The translations under genes were made by a program, and so were the position numbers. The notes under the pieces were generated by a model. It was not told the DNA's origin and did no database searches. It saw only the letters and a list, made by a program, of their open reading frames with translations. Of a stretch of DNA of 64,000 nt, positions 63,333-64,000 are shown in pieces. The stretch spans positions 1,111-65,110 of IMG/VR virus record IMGVR_UViG_3300025030_000095; one strand, given 5' to 3'. The DNA comes from a virus. Lineage: Duplodnaviria; Caudoviricetes. Numbering within the stretch: position 1 is the first letter of the stretch; each line of letters starts with the position of its first letter.

Positions 63333-63910
63333 ATATCATATTCTTCCTCCACAGGATTCTTTATTTTTTCCTTCTCGCGCTTAGGTACATTTTTAACCTT
63401 CGATAAGGGATTAAGAAAAAGTCTATCCTGCATCTTAATCAGCATGTCCATTTTTTTATTTATTGCTGTTTCGATTCTAAGTAAGCCATCAACTGCGATC
63501 ATACCCCTGAGTTGCTGTTTTATCTTATTATTAAATTCCTTAGCGCCCTCTATGTAATTTTCAAGCCCTTCGGAATCATAAGCGATTTTATCTATTGATT
63601 GATAGGATACTAAGAGTCGTTCGTAATCAGCATACGTTTTACAATACATCGCCAGCATACCTACATCCGATTTTCCCAGAACTTCAATACCCTGCTCTGC
63701 TGCTTCTTTGTACTCCTTCAAATGCTGTTTCCAGTATCGATATGCTATAACATCATTCCTAACAAATACCGGCGGCTTGAGTTTATCTAATTCAGTTTTA
63801 CCAAGTTTAATTTCAGAATTTTGTCTTGCTTCAATTTCAGCTTTTGTTAACCGATTCGGATTACCTTGGGCTACATGAAGCGCAACCGGTTTAGCGTTTC
63901 TACCGCCCAC
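63329..63910 (-). CDS. terS: terminase small subunit (P27 family)
   Basis: GRNAKPVALHVAQGNP, YCKTYA, LFLNPLSK. Confidence 0.88.
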   Translation of the reverse strand: MGGRNAKPVALHVAQGNPNRLTKAEIEARQNSEIKLGKTELDKLKPPVFVRNDVIAYRYWKQHLKEYKEAAEQGIEVLGKSDVGMLAMYCKTYADYERLLVSYQSIDKIAYDSEGLENYIEGAKEFNNKIKQQLRGMIAVDGLLRIETAINKKMDMLIKMQDRLFLNPLSKVKNVPKREKEKIKNPVEEEYDI

Positions 63911-64000
63911 AGGTATCACCATCCCCTCGTTGCATAATTATGCAGTTGTATACCGAAAACTCAAAAAAGACTAAAAAAACGAATTTTTTGTTTACGAAGG

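Larger units (their letters stand above)
1..64000. mobile_element. Temperate siphovirus genome (HK97-type head, long non-contractile tail), probably excised/virion form
   Basis: Ordered terminase-portal-protease-capsid-tail-lysis module, cI/cro, serine integrase and replication genes; no host housekeeping genes; intact attP-like site. Confidence 0.95.

Noticed and set aside
63940-64000. cos packaging site
   Set aside because: Position upstream of terS fits, but no cohesive-end sequence can be identified; it probably lies beyond the window
1-64000. tRNA or rRNA genes
   Set aside because: No cloverleaf or rRNA signature noticed in intergenic regions; a covariance search was not possible

Overview
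The window is most of the genome of one temperate, HK97-type siphovirus of a spore-forming Firmicute. A Clostridia host is inferred from the Spo0A and AbrB homologues, sigmaA promoters and a Gram-positive SOS box. No host genes are visible and a symmetric attP-like site is intact, so this looks like the excised or virion form. The minus strand carries packaging, head, tail and lysis genes (63.9-35.6 kb) and the early, recombination, replication and nucleotide genes (27.4 kb-1). The plus strand carries the repressor, a large serine integrase and an accessory block (27.6-35.55 kb). Main observations: (1) an RHH-FtsK/SpoIIIE-hairpin-Replic_Relax module arranged like a conjugative mobilisation unit; (2) the attP candidate lies inside the integrase 3' end; (3) an SOS-boxed micro-ORF between cI and the integrase; (4) two receiver-less Spo0A DNA-binding proteins plus AbrB; (5) a DUF6745-like protein with about 27 four-residue repeats varying at only two positions; (6) candidate anti-defence genes (Acb2/Tad1-like, orphan IetA-like ATPase, an acr-like operon); (7) unusual virion protein fusions. 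All family assignments come from motif recognition by eye, not database searches.
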